Of a stretch of DNA of 43,902 nt, positions 12,708 through 23,013 are shown in pieces (position 1 is the first letter of the stretch; each line of letters starts with the position of its first letter). Location of the stretch: NCBI RefSeq assembly GCF_001194135.2, contig NC_068993.1:8952299-8996200 (forward strand), written 5' to 3'. Under the pieces are notes generated by a model that saw only the letters and a list, made by a program, of their open reading frames with translations, did no database searches and was not told the origin of the DNA. The position numbers were made by a program, and so were the translations under genes. The stretch comes from Octopus bimaculoides (taxonomy: Eukaryota).

Positions 12708-15700
12708 CTGAAGAAAATTAAAATTAAATAAAAGACAAAAGACAATCACAACTGGGCTCGATGTAAAATAATGAATTTTCTATGTAGGTTAAGACGTTCG
12801 CTTCCCAACCACATGGTTCCAGGTTCAGTCCCACTGTGGAGCATCTTCAACAAGTACCTTCTACCATAACCCCAGAGTGACCAAAGTCTTGTGAGTGGAT
12901 TTGGAAGATGGAAAATGAAAGAAGCTCTTTATATACTGTATTTTCTGGCATACAAGTCGATATAGTATATAATGTAAACATGTAGTGTAAACATTAAAAA
13001 AATCATTATCTTTCACAGTCCTTTATTTTCTTTTTCTTTTTTTACTTGCTTTCCCTCCTTTTCTTTTTCTTTGCCCTTCTCCCTCTTTATTCTTCTCACA
13101 TTTTGCTCTGATTTTTATTGCTTCTTTCCTTTCTTTTTATACTTCACTTTTTTTTTCTTCTTTTGCATTTGCTATCTTTTATCTTTTACTCGTTTCACTT
13201 ATTAGACTATGGCCATGCTGGTGGGGGACAAACAGAGACACAGACACACACACACATATACACATGACAGGCTTCTTTCAGTCTCCATCTACCAAATCCA
13301 CTCACAAGGTTTTGGTCAGCCCAAGGCTATAGTAGAAGACATTAACCCAAGGTGCAACACATTGGGATTGAACCCTGAACCATGTGGTCAGGAAGTAAAC
13401 TTCTTACCACAAAACCATTAATAATAAAAATAACGAATTGATTGTATACAATGCTCAGGTGCATTAAAACTCATCAGAAAAAGTAGCCAAAAAAGCATGA
13501 ACAGTACATAGAATACAGCACAGGAAGTGAACATTGAATGAGTCATTAAAAAAAACAGGTAGGTGGACATCAGGTGTACTCATCGTCATCGTCATCATCG
13601 TCGTTTAACGTCCGCCTTCCATGCTAGCATGGGTTGGACGATTTGACTGAGGACTGGTGAAACCAGATGGCTACACCAGGCTCCAATCTGATTTGGCAGA
13701 GTTTCTACAGCTGGATGCCCTTCTTAACGCCAACCACTCAGAGAGTGTAATGGGTGCTTTTACGTGCCACCGGTACGAAGGCCAGTCAGGCGGTACTGGC
13801 AACAGCCACACTCAAAATGGTGTATTTTATGTGCCACCCGCACAAGAGCCAGTCCAGGGGCACTGGCAACGATCTCGCTCGAAAGTCCTTACATATGCTG
13901 CGGGCAAAAGTGCCAGAAAGGCGTCGCTAGGCACAGATGCCATCACAATTTCGCTTTCGCTTGCCCCAATAAGACTTCGCAAGCTGAGTTTCGTGTCCAA
14001 TGAGGGAGACGACGTTGGCATGGGTGCCAGTCGTCAAATTTAACTCAATTTCGATTTCACTTGCCTCAACAGGTCTTCGCAAGTGGAAGTTAGTTGGTGA
14101 ATTTCAGGGGCATGGAAGTTTTGACAGATGCAGTGACCAAACATTTGCTAACAACTGAAGCATGTAATAATACCTGGATGTGAGAACAAGTGTGGGCTCT
14201 GTAGTTAACTCGTGAACCTTCTAAGCCATAGAGATGTCGAATGTTATACACGTAGCGTTTCTCATCTTTGTGCCAGGTGTGATTACAACTCCCTGCTGTC
14301 TTAGCATCGGCACACGACTGGGAGTACTCGTTTCGCCAAAACATAATTGCTTCGTGAACTGGCAGTCCTGCTTCCTTTAAGAATAACGTGTAACGGATCT
14401 ATTGAAGAAAACAAAAGACAAAATATAAACGGTTGAAAACATTTTACACCCCTTTAGCATTTAAATCAGCCATAACCGGCCCAAATATTCTACCTGCTTT
14501 CTGGTCAAACCAGCCAGATTTGGCCTCTCAAACCTACCCTACAATGTCAGTCTACAAAATAAGCAATTACATCTCACAGTTATGAGATAATGCATGATTA
14601 ATTCAAAATAATGTGAATAAATAAATATAAATTTGACAGAATATTCTGAATGCTGAAGGCTTAAATGTCCAAGATGAGTAATTGTTCATAAGATTATATA
14701 ATTTTTCAGGCTTGTTAACTCCCGCTTTTAAAGAAAGAAAGATGGATGGTGGATGGGTGGAGGGATGGATGGATAGATGGATGGGTGGGTGGAGTGCTGA
14801 AAAGTTTCTGGCTTTAAGGTTATCATGAAAGGGCTGGTTGAAGGTCCAATCTTCCAAGTTCTTTTACAGGGCTTAGAGAAATTGAAGGACCCTTAGAATA
14901 AGTGTGCGAATCTGAGAAGGGAATATGTTGAATAAAACCATAATTAACTGATCCTCCACTTTTCACGCCAACTTCACTGTATTCATCATCATCATCATCA
15001 TCATCATAATCATTTAACGTCCGCTTTCCATGCTGGCATGGGTTGGACGATTTGACCAAGGACTGGCGAGCCAGATGGCTGCACCAAGCTCCAATCTGAT
15101 CTGGCAGAGTTTCTACAGCTGGATGCCCTTCCTAACACCAACCACTCCAAGAGTGTAGTGGGTGCTTTTACGTGCCACCGGCACAAGGGCCAGTCAGGTG
15201 GTACTGGCAACGGCCTCGCTCAAAATGGTATTTTTACGGGCCACCTACACAGGAGCCAGTCCAGCAGCACTGGCAACGACCTCACACTCGAATGGTGCTT
15301 TTTATGTGCCACCGGTACGGGAGCCAGTCAGTGGCCCTGGCAACAATCACACTCTGATGGTGTTCTTAACGTTCCTCTTTATAGATTTTACTACATTATA
15401 CAAATCTTGCTGATGGAGACCAACAGCAGCCTCATAGGAGTCTGTTTGATCACATATATATATCATCATCATCATCATCATTTAACTTTCTATTTTACAT
15501 GTGGGCATGAGTTGAGCAGTTATAAATATATATACATGTGTGTGCGTGTGAGTGTGTTTTTCCCCACCCACCACTTTGCAGCTGGTGTTGGTTTGTTTAT
15601 GCTCCTAAAACTCAGTAGTTTTACATGCTGGCATGGGTTGAACAGTTATAAATATGTATATGTATATATATAAGTGTATATGTGTGTAGTGGGGAGGGAG

Positions 15701-17810
15701 CGTTTGTGTTTGTCCCCACACACCACTTGACAACTTGTGCTGGTTTGTTTACATCCATGTAACTTAACAGTTTGGTAAAAGAGATTGATAGAATAAGAAC
15801 CCTGACCCCCAAAAAAATAATAAGTACTGGGGTCAAACAAATTGACAAAAAAAAAGACCCTTGGTGCCCCAGTATATCCACAGTGCAATGACTAAAACAA
15901 GTAAAAGATAAAGATAAAAAAAAAGACAAAACCATCTTACTCGATCGTGGTGCTTCAGTCTGTGTTTGGTCCGCAGCGCCGTGTGGAGGTACGACATACA
16001 GGGAGGGAAATACTTCGCTTTGGCATCAATTATGTCATGAGACAAACTACTGGCAGTTCTGCTGCTTTCACAGTGCAGACATTTCAACTGGAAATATTTC
16101 TACAAACAGAAACAAACAATAAATAACAAAAAAAAATAAATAAATAAATAATCATATAATTAAATTACACATTGGGACACATCATCATCATCATCATCAT
16201 TATCATCATTTAATATCTGCTTTCTGTGCTGGTATGGGTTGGATGGTTTGAGATGAAAGCGAGTCACAGGGCTGCACCAAGCTCCATTGTCAGTTTTTGG
16301 CATGGTTTTTACAGCTTGATGCCTTTCCAAAATGCCAACCACTTCACAGTGTGGACTGGATGCTTTTTTTCATGCCACCAGCACTAGTGAGGTTGTCAAG
16401 TAACATGCAAAACAGAAAAAGAACAAGGAGAAAGGAAAGGGAAATAGGACCCAGTACTAAATGGGGGGAGTATTTGTGAGGGAGAGGAGGCTTACATGCT
16501 ACATGTTAATTATAAATATTTCTAATGTTTATAGTCTCAAGCTGCATGTGCCACTTGATGGTATCTATTTACAACCAAGAGAGTGGAGGCGCAATGGCCC
16601 AGTGGTTAGAGCAGCGGACTCGCGGTCATAGGATCGCAGTTTCGATTCCCAGACCGGGCGGTGTGAGTGTTTATTGAGCGAAAACACCTAAAAGCTCCAC
16701 GAGGCTCCGGCAGGGGATGGTGGCGAACCCTGCTGTACTCTTTCACCACAACTTTCTCTCACTCTTACTTCCTGTTTCTGTTGTGCCTGTAATTCAAGGG
16801 GTCAGCCTTGTCACACTGTCACGCTGAATATCCCCGAGAACTACGTTAAGGGTACACGTGTCTATGGAGTGCTCGGCCACTTGCACATTAATTTCACGAG
16901 CAGGCTGTTCCGTTGAACGGATCAACTGGAACCCTCGACGTCGTAAGTGACGGAGTGCCAACACACAACCAAGTGGACTAAGTCAAGATTGCTAATTACA
17001 AATTAGTTCAATCTACAGCCAGGAGTTTGACAGACATGCTTCCCACTCAGCCAACGGATACTCCACCAATCACAGCTGTGAATGATAAAACCTGTAAATG
17101 CTCTTCTTACCTGGAGATTAGCAAACAGTTTTTCAATTCTTTCATCGATGAGGTCCATTTGAATCTTCTGAAACTGCTGCCGACTGGATTCCAACATAAG
17201 CTCAAAGAGTGCCGTCATGACATGGTGCAGTCGACAGAACGGAACAAGAGCATCTCCTCGTTCAAGTCGTACTCTCCTTTCAGACACCAACTTCAAGACA
17301 TACATGAAAGGAATACGAAAGTAGTCAGTTTTACATCCGGAGTAGTATTTGTCAATGACGCTGGCCCATAAGCCACCACAGCTCTCGGCAATGTTCATAA
17401 AGACTTTTAATACACCTTCGAAAGATAATTGCTTTATGTCTTCTTTCTCTGAGATGGTAGCTGCGGATTTCCAAACTGGTTTAAGAGAACAAAAAATCTC
17501 TTCGGGTTTCATGCATTGGAATCTAAAGTTGAAAAGACTTGTCTCGGCTTTCTTGAATAATCTCCAGAGCTCAGCATCTTCACAAAAAGCCATTCTAAGT
17601 ATAAAGAGAGAACAGAGGGGTCACAATCAGAATGAGAGCAAGAGGGAGAGAATTTACAAAACAATGTGGTAAGTAGCTTGCTTGCCAACCACATGGTTCT
17701 GGGTTCATTTCCACTGCGTGGCACTTTGGGCAAGTGTCTTTTACTACAGCCTCGGGCCGACCAAAGCCTTGTGAGTGGATTTGGTAGACGGAAACTGAAA
17801 GAAGCCTGTC

Positions 17811-17847
<37 letters not shown>

Positions 17848-18601
17848 TGTTTGTGTATGTGTTTGTCCCCCACCAGCATCGCTTGACAACCGATGCTGGT
17901 GTGTTTACATCCCCGTAACTTAGCGGTTCGGCAAAAAGAGATCGATAGAATAAGTACTAGGCTTCCAAAGAATAAGTCCTGGAGTCGATTTGCTCGACTA
18001 AAGGCGGTGCCCCAGCATGGCCGCAGTCAAATGACTGAAACAGGTAAAAGAGAGAGTAATGGAGTAAGTGGGAGTAATGTATTTGACAGCATAGCTATGT
18101 GGCTTGATGGTTAGGGTATTTGACTCACAGTCATAATGTCGTGAGTTCAATTCCTGGCTGGATGTTGCGCCCTGGTAAAAATAAGTAGTACCTGTTATAC
18201 AAAGGGGCCAGCCTTGTCACATTCTATGTCATGCTGAATCTCCCTAAAAACTGCATTAAGGGTACATGTATCTGTACAGTGCTCAGCTATTTGCATACAA
18301 GCAGGCGATTCCATTGATCAGATCAACAGGGACACTCGTTATAACCAGTGGAGTGCACAAAACTGTCCGATGAACGGGAACGTGAAACTCAGAGTAACAG
18401 TCTTTTGTTATATTTCTGCTGCTTTTAAATAAAGCATATTACTCTACCTCTGGTATTTGAGTACTCTTTTTTCCACCTTGTTGCACATTTTATGTGCTTA
18501 CTCCGGTATATATATATCCCATCCATGGAAGGTGAACATTAAATGATGATGATGATGATATATATGAGGGGGCACTTATTTACTTCAGAAATGTCTGTGT
18601 A

Positions 18602-18636
<35 letters not shown>

Positions 18637-19863
18637 TCATCATCATCATCATCATCATCGTTTAACGTCCGCTTTCCANNNNNNNNNNNNNNNNNNNNNN
18701 NNNNNNNNNNNNNNNNNNNNNNNNNNNNNNNNNNNNNNNNNNNNNNNNNNNNNNNNNNNNNNNNNNNNNNNNNNNNNNNNNNNNNNNNNNNNNNNNNNNN
18801 NNNNNNNNNNNNNNNNNNNNNNNNNNNNNNNNNNNNNNNNNNNNNNNNNNNNNNNNNNNNNNNNNNNNNNNNNNNNNNNNNNNNNNNNNNNNNNNNNNNN
18901 NNNNNNNNNNNNNNNNNNNNNNNNNNNNNNNNNNNNNNNNNNNNNNNNNNNNNNNNNNNNNNNNNNNNNNNNNNNNNNNNNNNNNNNNNNNNNNNNNNNN
19001 NNNNNNNNNNNNNNNNNNNNNNNNNNNNNNNNNNNNNNNNNNNNNNNNNNNNNNNNNNNNNNNNNNNNNNNNNNNNNNNNNNNNNNNNNNNNNNNNNCGC
19101 TCAAAATGGTGCATCTCATGTGCCACCCGCACAAGAACCAGTCCAGGGGCACTGGCAACGATCTTACTTGGCTTGCCGGGTCTTCTCACGCACAGCCCAT
19201 TTCCAAAGGTCTCGGTCCGTAGTCATCGCCTCGGTGAGGCCCAATGTACGAAGGTCTTGCCTCACCACCTCAGCCCAGGTCTTCCTGATATATATATATA
19301 TATATATCAATCATCATCTTCATCATTTAGCATCTGCTTTCCATGCTGGAATGGATCAGACGGTTTGACTGGAACTGGCAAGCCGGAGGGCTGCACCAGG
19401 CACCACTCCACTCTGATTTGGCTTGGTTTCTATGGTTGGATGCCCTTCCTAATGCCAACCACTCCAAGAGTGTCATGGGTGCACTTTACGTGTCACTGGC
19501 ACAGGTGCATTCTACGTTTATATATTATGCATGTACATGTGTATACAGGTATACACACAGGTGTACACACACACACATATGTGACAGACAGTCTGATACA
19601 CTTAGAGTCACAAAGGAGGAAATTGTATAAGGATTCAAAGATTCTTACCTAAGAATAAAATGGGATACTTGATCCTTCTTAGTCCCTTCAATGAAGCAAT
19701 CAGAGTCAACTACTAGGCTCAAGTCTTTGACAAGATCAGTCAAAGCCATGAAGTCATCACCAGCACCCAGCACTCGGATGAGAAAGTCCAGGCGTTTGAA
19801 AGAAAATTTCTCCAGCTTTTCCAGGGAAATATTTCCAGAAGGAGGTTTTATATAAAATGACAT
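11952..19863 (-). CDS. PRIM2-like: DNA primase large subunit (PRIM2/PriL)-like gene, divergent. join(complement 19649-19863, 17111-17594, 15941-16099, 14174-14398, 11952-12707) = 1839 nt, 612 aa
   Basis: Five GT-AG exons splice in frame (215+484+159+225+756 nt). Motifs in PriL order: FYIKPP, DQVSHFILR, RIPF, DERI, FPPCM..LH..LR..H.L.H..R, YTLFLK..GL, FW..EY, YNIRHLYGLEG, GCPF, AC..FF. Confidence 0.9.
12785..12928 (+). mobile_element. SINE family B head
   Basis: cccaaccacatggttccaggttcagtccc...gtgagtggatttgg. Confidence 0.8.
13180..13408 (-). mobile_element. SINE family B, internally deleted
   Basis: ggcttctttcagt...aaatccactcacaagg...gaaccatgtgg. Confidence 0.8.
13579..14085 (-). mobile_element. 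SINE-like family C (ggaagggcatccagctgtagaaac central motif, RTE-like cggacgttaaacgat(gat)n tail)
   Basis: (cat)n-cgtttaacgtccgc on +; about 66-bp internal tandem units; more than 10 copies in the window. The central motif resembles the MetaSINE domain as I recall it (not verified). Confidence 0.85.
14174..14398 (-). CDS. PRIM2-like: PRIM2-like coding exon 4 (IRYTLFLKEAGL...YNIRHLYGLEGSRVNYRAHTCSHIQ), second Fe-S Cys
   Basis: Acceptor ttttcttcaatag|ATC and donor CAG|gtatta; 225 nt, phase 0/0; YNIRH..G.EG motif. Confidence 0.92.
14448..14660. mobile_element. TTAA-type (piggyBac-like) MITE
   Basis: ccctttagcatt...aatgctgaaggc|ttaa ends; second copy at 31424. Confidence 0.6.
14985..15370 (-). 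mobile_element. Family C element with three ~66-bp internal units
   Basis: Matches the 13579 copy. Confidence 0.85.
15690..15910 (+). mobile_element. SINE family B 3' half
   Basis: tttgtcccc...gatagaataag...aatgactaaaacaagtaaaag. Confidence 0.75.
15941..16099 (-). CDS. PRIM2-like: PRIM2-like coding exon 3 (...IDAKAKYFPPCMSYLHTALRTKHRLKHHDR), first Fe-S Cys
   Basis: Acceptor ctgtttgtag| (an alternative in-frame AG would start the exon at 16087); donor CGA|gtaaga; FPPCM motif. Confidence 0.9.
16188..16410 (-). mobile_element. Family C element, degenerate
   Basis: (cat)n tail; gatgcctttcc..tgccaaccac. Confidence 0.7.
16580..16964 (+). mobile_element. tRNA-derived SINE, family A, full length
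   Basis: Box A tggcccagtgg, box B gtttcgattcc, caa-type tail; 9-bp TSD acaaccaag (16571-16579, 16965-16973). Confidence 0.9.
17111..17594 (-). CDS. PRIM2-like: PRIM2-like coding exon 2 (MAFCEDAELWRLF...ERIEKLFANLQ)
   Basis: Acceptor atacttag|A completes the split AGA (Arg) codon; donor CAG|gtaaga; 484-nt open frame. Resembles PRIM2 LAYCQSEELRRWF, YKIPF and DERL regions. Confidence 0.9.
17664..18055 (+). mobile_element. SINE family B (tRNA head, CORE-like ttgggcaagt segment, internal TA/TG microsatellite, gagtaaaa tail), full length
   Basis: aaccacatggttc..ggttca head, gtgagtggatttggtagacggaaactgaaagaagc, catggccgcagtcaaatgactgaaac tail; more than 12 copies in the window. Confidence 0.9.
18095..18358 (+). 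mobile_element. Older, degenerate family A-like SINE
   Basis: gttcaattcc box B; ccagccttgtcaca...gctgaatctccc...taagggtaca body. Confidence 0.6.
18634..19270 (-). mobile_element. Family C element spanning a gap
   Basis: Tail before the gap and internal unit after it. Confidence 0.7.
19310..19505 (-). mobile_element. Family C element
   Basis: ggatgcccttcctaatgccaaccactcc. Confidence 0.8.
19649..19863 (-). CDS. PRIM2-like: PRIM2-like coding exon 1 (MSFYIKPPSGNISL...KKDQVSHFILR)
   Basis: Acceptor tttcttacag|ATG and donor AG|gtaaga. Matches the PRIM2 N-terminal FYLQPPSENISL and DHISHFILR motifs. Confidence 0.88.
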
Positions 19864-20218
19864 CTGTAAGAAAGAATATACCATAGTGTCACATTTTACA
19901 CATTGCAAATGAGATATTACCCAGTGAGAGGTAGGATATCACATGATTGACATGAGATATAACACTGTAAGAATGATTCTAACAACTGATACAAGACCAT
20001 AAATTTGCAAAAAGATTTTCATTTATAAACATTGAATTTTATTTATTTTTATTTTTTTTTACTTGTTTCAGTAATTAGACTATGGCCATGCTGGGGCAAG
20101 GCCTTGAAGAATTTTAGTCAAACGAACTGATTCCAGTACTTGTTATTTTTTTTTAAAACCTGGTACTTATTCTATCGTTTTTTGTTTTTTTTCCAACATT
20201 AAATTCTGACGTAATCAT

Positions 20219-20573
20219 TGGGACGCCATAGTCTGCGACTCCTTTGCTCTCTCCCACATCCTGGATGCGGAAGTTAATGAAAGGGTCACTGATTCCGTAG
20301 CCAAATGGAAGAAAACTCTGAAGTATCGGGACCTAACAGTGAACTATCACTTCCAACCTGTGGCGTTTGAGACGTTCGGAGGGACTGGGTCACCGACCGC
20401 GAAGTTCTTGTCAACGTTGGCAGCTCGCTTCACTGCCGTGTCAGGTGATGCCTGTGAGGGCGCTTGGCTTTCCCAGCGCCATGGCCCGTGGTAGTGCGGC
20501 GAGCATGCTGGCTTGCTTCAGTAGGTTCCGTTAAACCTTGTGGTGTGCGGCCAGTTGCTGTGATTAAAAAAAA
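20219..20573 (+). mobile_element. 5'-truncated CRE/R2-superfamily non-LTR retrotransposon relic (restriction-like endonuclease C-terminus)
   Basis: Frame reads WDAIVCDSFALSH...KYRDLTVNYHFQPVAFETFGGTG...FL..L......GD...AWLSQR, then a frameshift to AMARGSAASMLAC*, then an A-run. Fits the WD.T..D / K..KY / P.A.ET.G / QR....RGNA pattern of CRE-like RLE domains. Confidence 0.75.
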
Positions 20574-21047
20574 ATTCCCAACAAATGGTTTCAATAGTTT
20601 TAACAGAAAGAGTTGGAAGAATTTGATGAAAGTACCCGGGTAAATAAATGTTTAATGTTAATTTTTTTTTTAATGACAATTTGTAAATATAATTGAAGTT
20701 CGTTTAAAATTTAAAAAGGAATAAATAAATAGTTAGCCCTTCTTTCATAAGTCCCAAGTTACGTTAGTGGCAGAAAAACACTTGAGAATGTGTATCATTT
20801 ATGATATATGTTTGTCAAGGAAATATGTTGTGTATCATGTGATACATAGTACAGGTAAAACGTTTAAATTACACCTTTTTCCGTTATTTCAAATCACCAG
20901 GTAACTATGAAGATCCTCTCCCATAACTATCGCAGTTGAGAAAGATATCTCTACGTTTCTGTATGAGCTAATCTTCTGTTGAAAAACAATTGTTTCACAA
21001 GTATTATAAGATGCATTTCAAAACATCATAAAAATGTTCGTACGTAC

Positions 21048-21260
21048 CTTGGAGTTTTGAAGTTTTCAGCTCTCTTCTTAACGACCAAAATAGAAACCTT
21101 ATGGTCATCTTCGTGCTAAAGAGCGGTCTGAGTCCAGATCTTCCATCACATCACCCATCGCACTTAAATAACTGTCTATTATTGTTGATGATGGTGTGAT
21201 AAATAAACATTTGGCCAACATTGTGGAATTCGAATTCGCGGCATTGTTACTTACAAACAA
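21048..21260 (-). other. Candidate 5' non-coding exon of the PRIM2-like gene
   Basis: Minus-strand donor CAAG|gtacgt at 21048/21047 in non-repetitive, CpG-containing sequence upstream of the exon that begins exactly at ATG. The 5' end is approximate. Confidence 0.45.
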
Positions 21261-21262
21261 GG

Positions 21263-21413
21263 GGAATAATTCGCGGTATGATAGAATACGGGAATACAGG
21301 AATAAGATAGAATACGAGGAATGATTTGTGGTAAAACAGAATACTAGAACACAGGGATAAGACAGAATAAGAGGAATGATTCGAAGTAAGACAGAATACG
21401 GGAATAATTGAAT
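21263..21413 (+). repeat. 55-bp degenerate tandem repeat, about 2.7 copies (ggaat.att....gta..a.agaatac...)
   Basis: Units begin at 21263, 21318 and 21373. Confidence 0.75.
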
Positions 21414-21587
21414 ATTGAAATGCATAGTATCTAAACTTTAGAAACTATACATTTTAATATTCTATTAAACCAGTGTTTTTCAACCTTTTTTCTTTTTTTA
21501 ACTTATGATACCCTTTGATTCCTATTTTTTCTTGGATAGACCTATCGAGCCAATCGATGTTGAAAAAATCTTTTATAATTAGATTTC

Positions 21588-21730
21588 CGTCTACCAAATC
21601 CACTCACAAGGCTTTGGTCGGCCCGAGACTATAGTAGAAGACATTTGCCCAAAGTGCTACGCAGTGGGACTGAACCCGGGACCATGTGGTTGGTAGGCAA
21701 GCTACTTACCACACAGCCACTCCTGCGCCT
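21588..21730 (-). mobile_element. SINE family B head
   Basis: ccgtctaccaaatccactcacaaggc...ttaccacacagccac. Confidence 0.85.
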
Positions 21731-21922
21731 ATAAAAACAAAACAAAACAAAACAAAAAGAACATTTAAGTTACATGAGATTTATTTAACGGATTAGGTTT
21801 GCATTTTATATATCATCAAAGAGGTGATATATATGAAACGATATACATCTGGTGTCAACCGCTCTGAGGGAGTGGCCCGCACCCACCTTGCGACATTAGG
21901 AACGCAATTGAGTCATTGTGAC

Positions 21923-22793
21923 AACCACATGGTTCCGGATTCAGTCCCACCAGGCTTAGAGGCAAGGAAATAAGTATTTGGGGTGATTCATTCAATAAAA
22001 ACCTTCAAGGGGTGCCCGAGTATGGGCGCAGTCCAGTAACTGAATATCAGTAGCGGGGTCTGATTCAAGAACATCAACTCTTCTTTTATTAGTCAACAGT
22101 TAATGTTCTTGCTTTTCATTCATTTGCGGAAATTAAAAGATAAAGTCTCGTTGAGTCGTTAGCTTGATTTTGATACTTACAAATTAATGATTATTCTAAA
22201 TTTATTTTATTAAATTTCTTTTTATCTGCTTAATAAACATTTAAATGTTTTATTATAATTAAAAATAATTTTTAAAGTGGAAAAAAACAATAAACAAACA
22301 ATACAAGCAACTTCTCGTCGTCGGCAGAACCACATGGTTTCGGATTCAGTCCCACCAGGCTTAGGAGCAAGGAAATAAGTATTTGGGATGATTCATTCAG
22401 TTAAAACCTTCAAGGGTGTGCCCAAGCATAGGCGCAGTCCAGTAACAGAATATCTAATTCAAGGACATCAACTCTTCTTTTATTAGTCAACAGTTAACGT
22501 CCTTACTTTTCATTTATTTATTTATTATTGACCGAGCGACACCTAGGGACGATTTTAAAAACTAAAGATGTGGTGCGGAAATTAAAAGATAAAGTCTCGT
22601 TGAGACGTTAGCTTTTTTCTTTGATACTTACAATGGTTATTAATGATTATTTTAAATTCATTTTATTAAATTTCTTTTTGTTTGCTTAATAAACATTTAT
22701 GTATTTGGTTATAATTAAAAAATAATTCTTAAAGTTAAATAAAAAACAATAAACAAGCAATATACAAGCAACTTCTCGTCGTCGTCGGCAGAA
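21923..22793 (+). repeat. 405-bp tandem duplication (21923-22327 and 22328-22793)
   Basis: Both copies start aaccacatggtt.cggattcagtcccaccaggcttag and end caagcaacttctcgtcgtcggcagaa; copy 2 has an extra ~55 bp. Confidence 0.9.
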
Positions 22794-23013
22794 GTCGGCA
22801 TCAACAAAATTACCCGCCAACCGCGGTGGAAAGAAAAGCATCAGAGACAACGGGGGAAAAGATCGAGCCGAAAGAGAAGGTATTTGAGAAGACAGGCAAG
22901 GACAAAAGACTTCGTAGAACACGGGAAAAAAAAGGAAGACGTAAAAGGAAAAAGTCTGCGTTGTCTTTAACAAAGGATCCTTCGTATATTTTGGCTTTAA
23001 ACTTCCAGGAATC

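Larger units (their letters stand above)
21260..22800. promoter_or_regulatory. Putative shared (bidirectional) promoter region between PRIM2-like (-) and ISWI (+)
   Basis: Divergent 5' ends about 1.5 kb apart; CpG-richer patches near 21220-21290 and 22770-22870. Positional inference only. Confidence 0.45.

Noticed and set aside
15165-15365. Regularly spaced repeats resembling a CRISPR array
   Set aside because: Eukaryotic context, tandem units with no unique spacers, and no cas genes.
16583-16660. tRNA-like sequence with box A and box B
   Set aside because: It is the head of a repeated SINE with body, tail and TSD; no proper acceptor stem.
18360-18505. Sequence resembling a Penelope-like retroelement 3' end (gatgaac...gaaactc, aataaa)
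   Set aside because: Single short non-coding match from memory; insufficient evidence.
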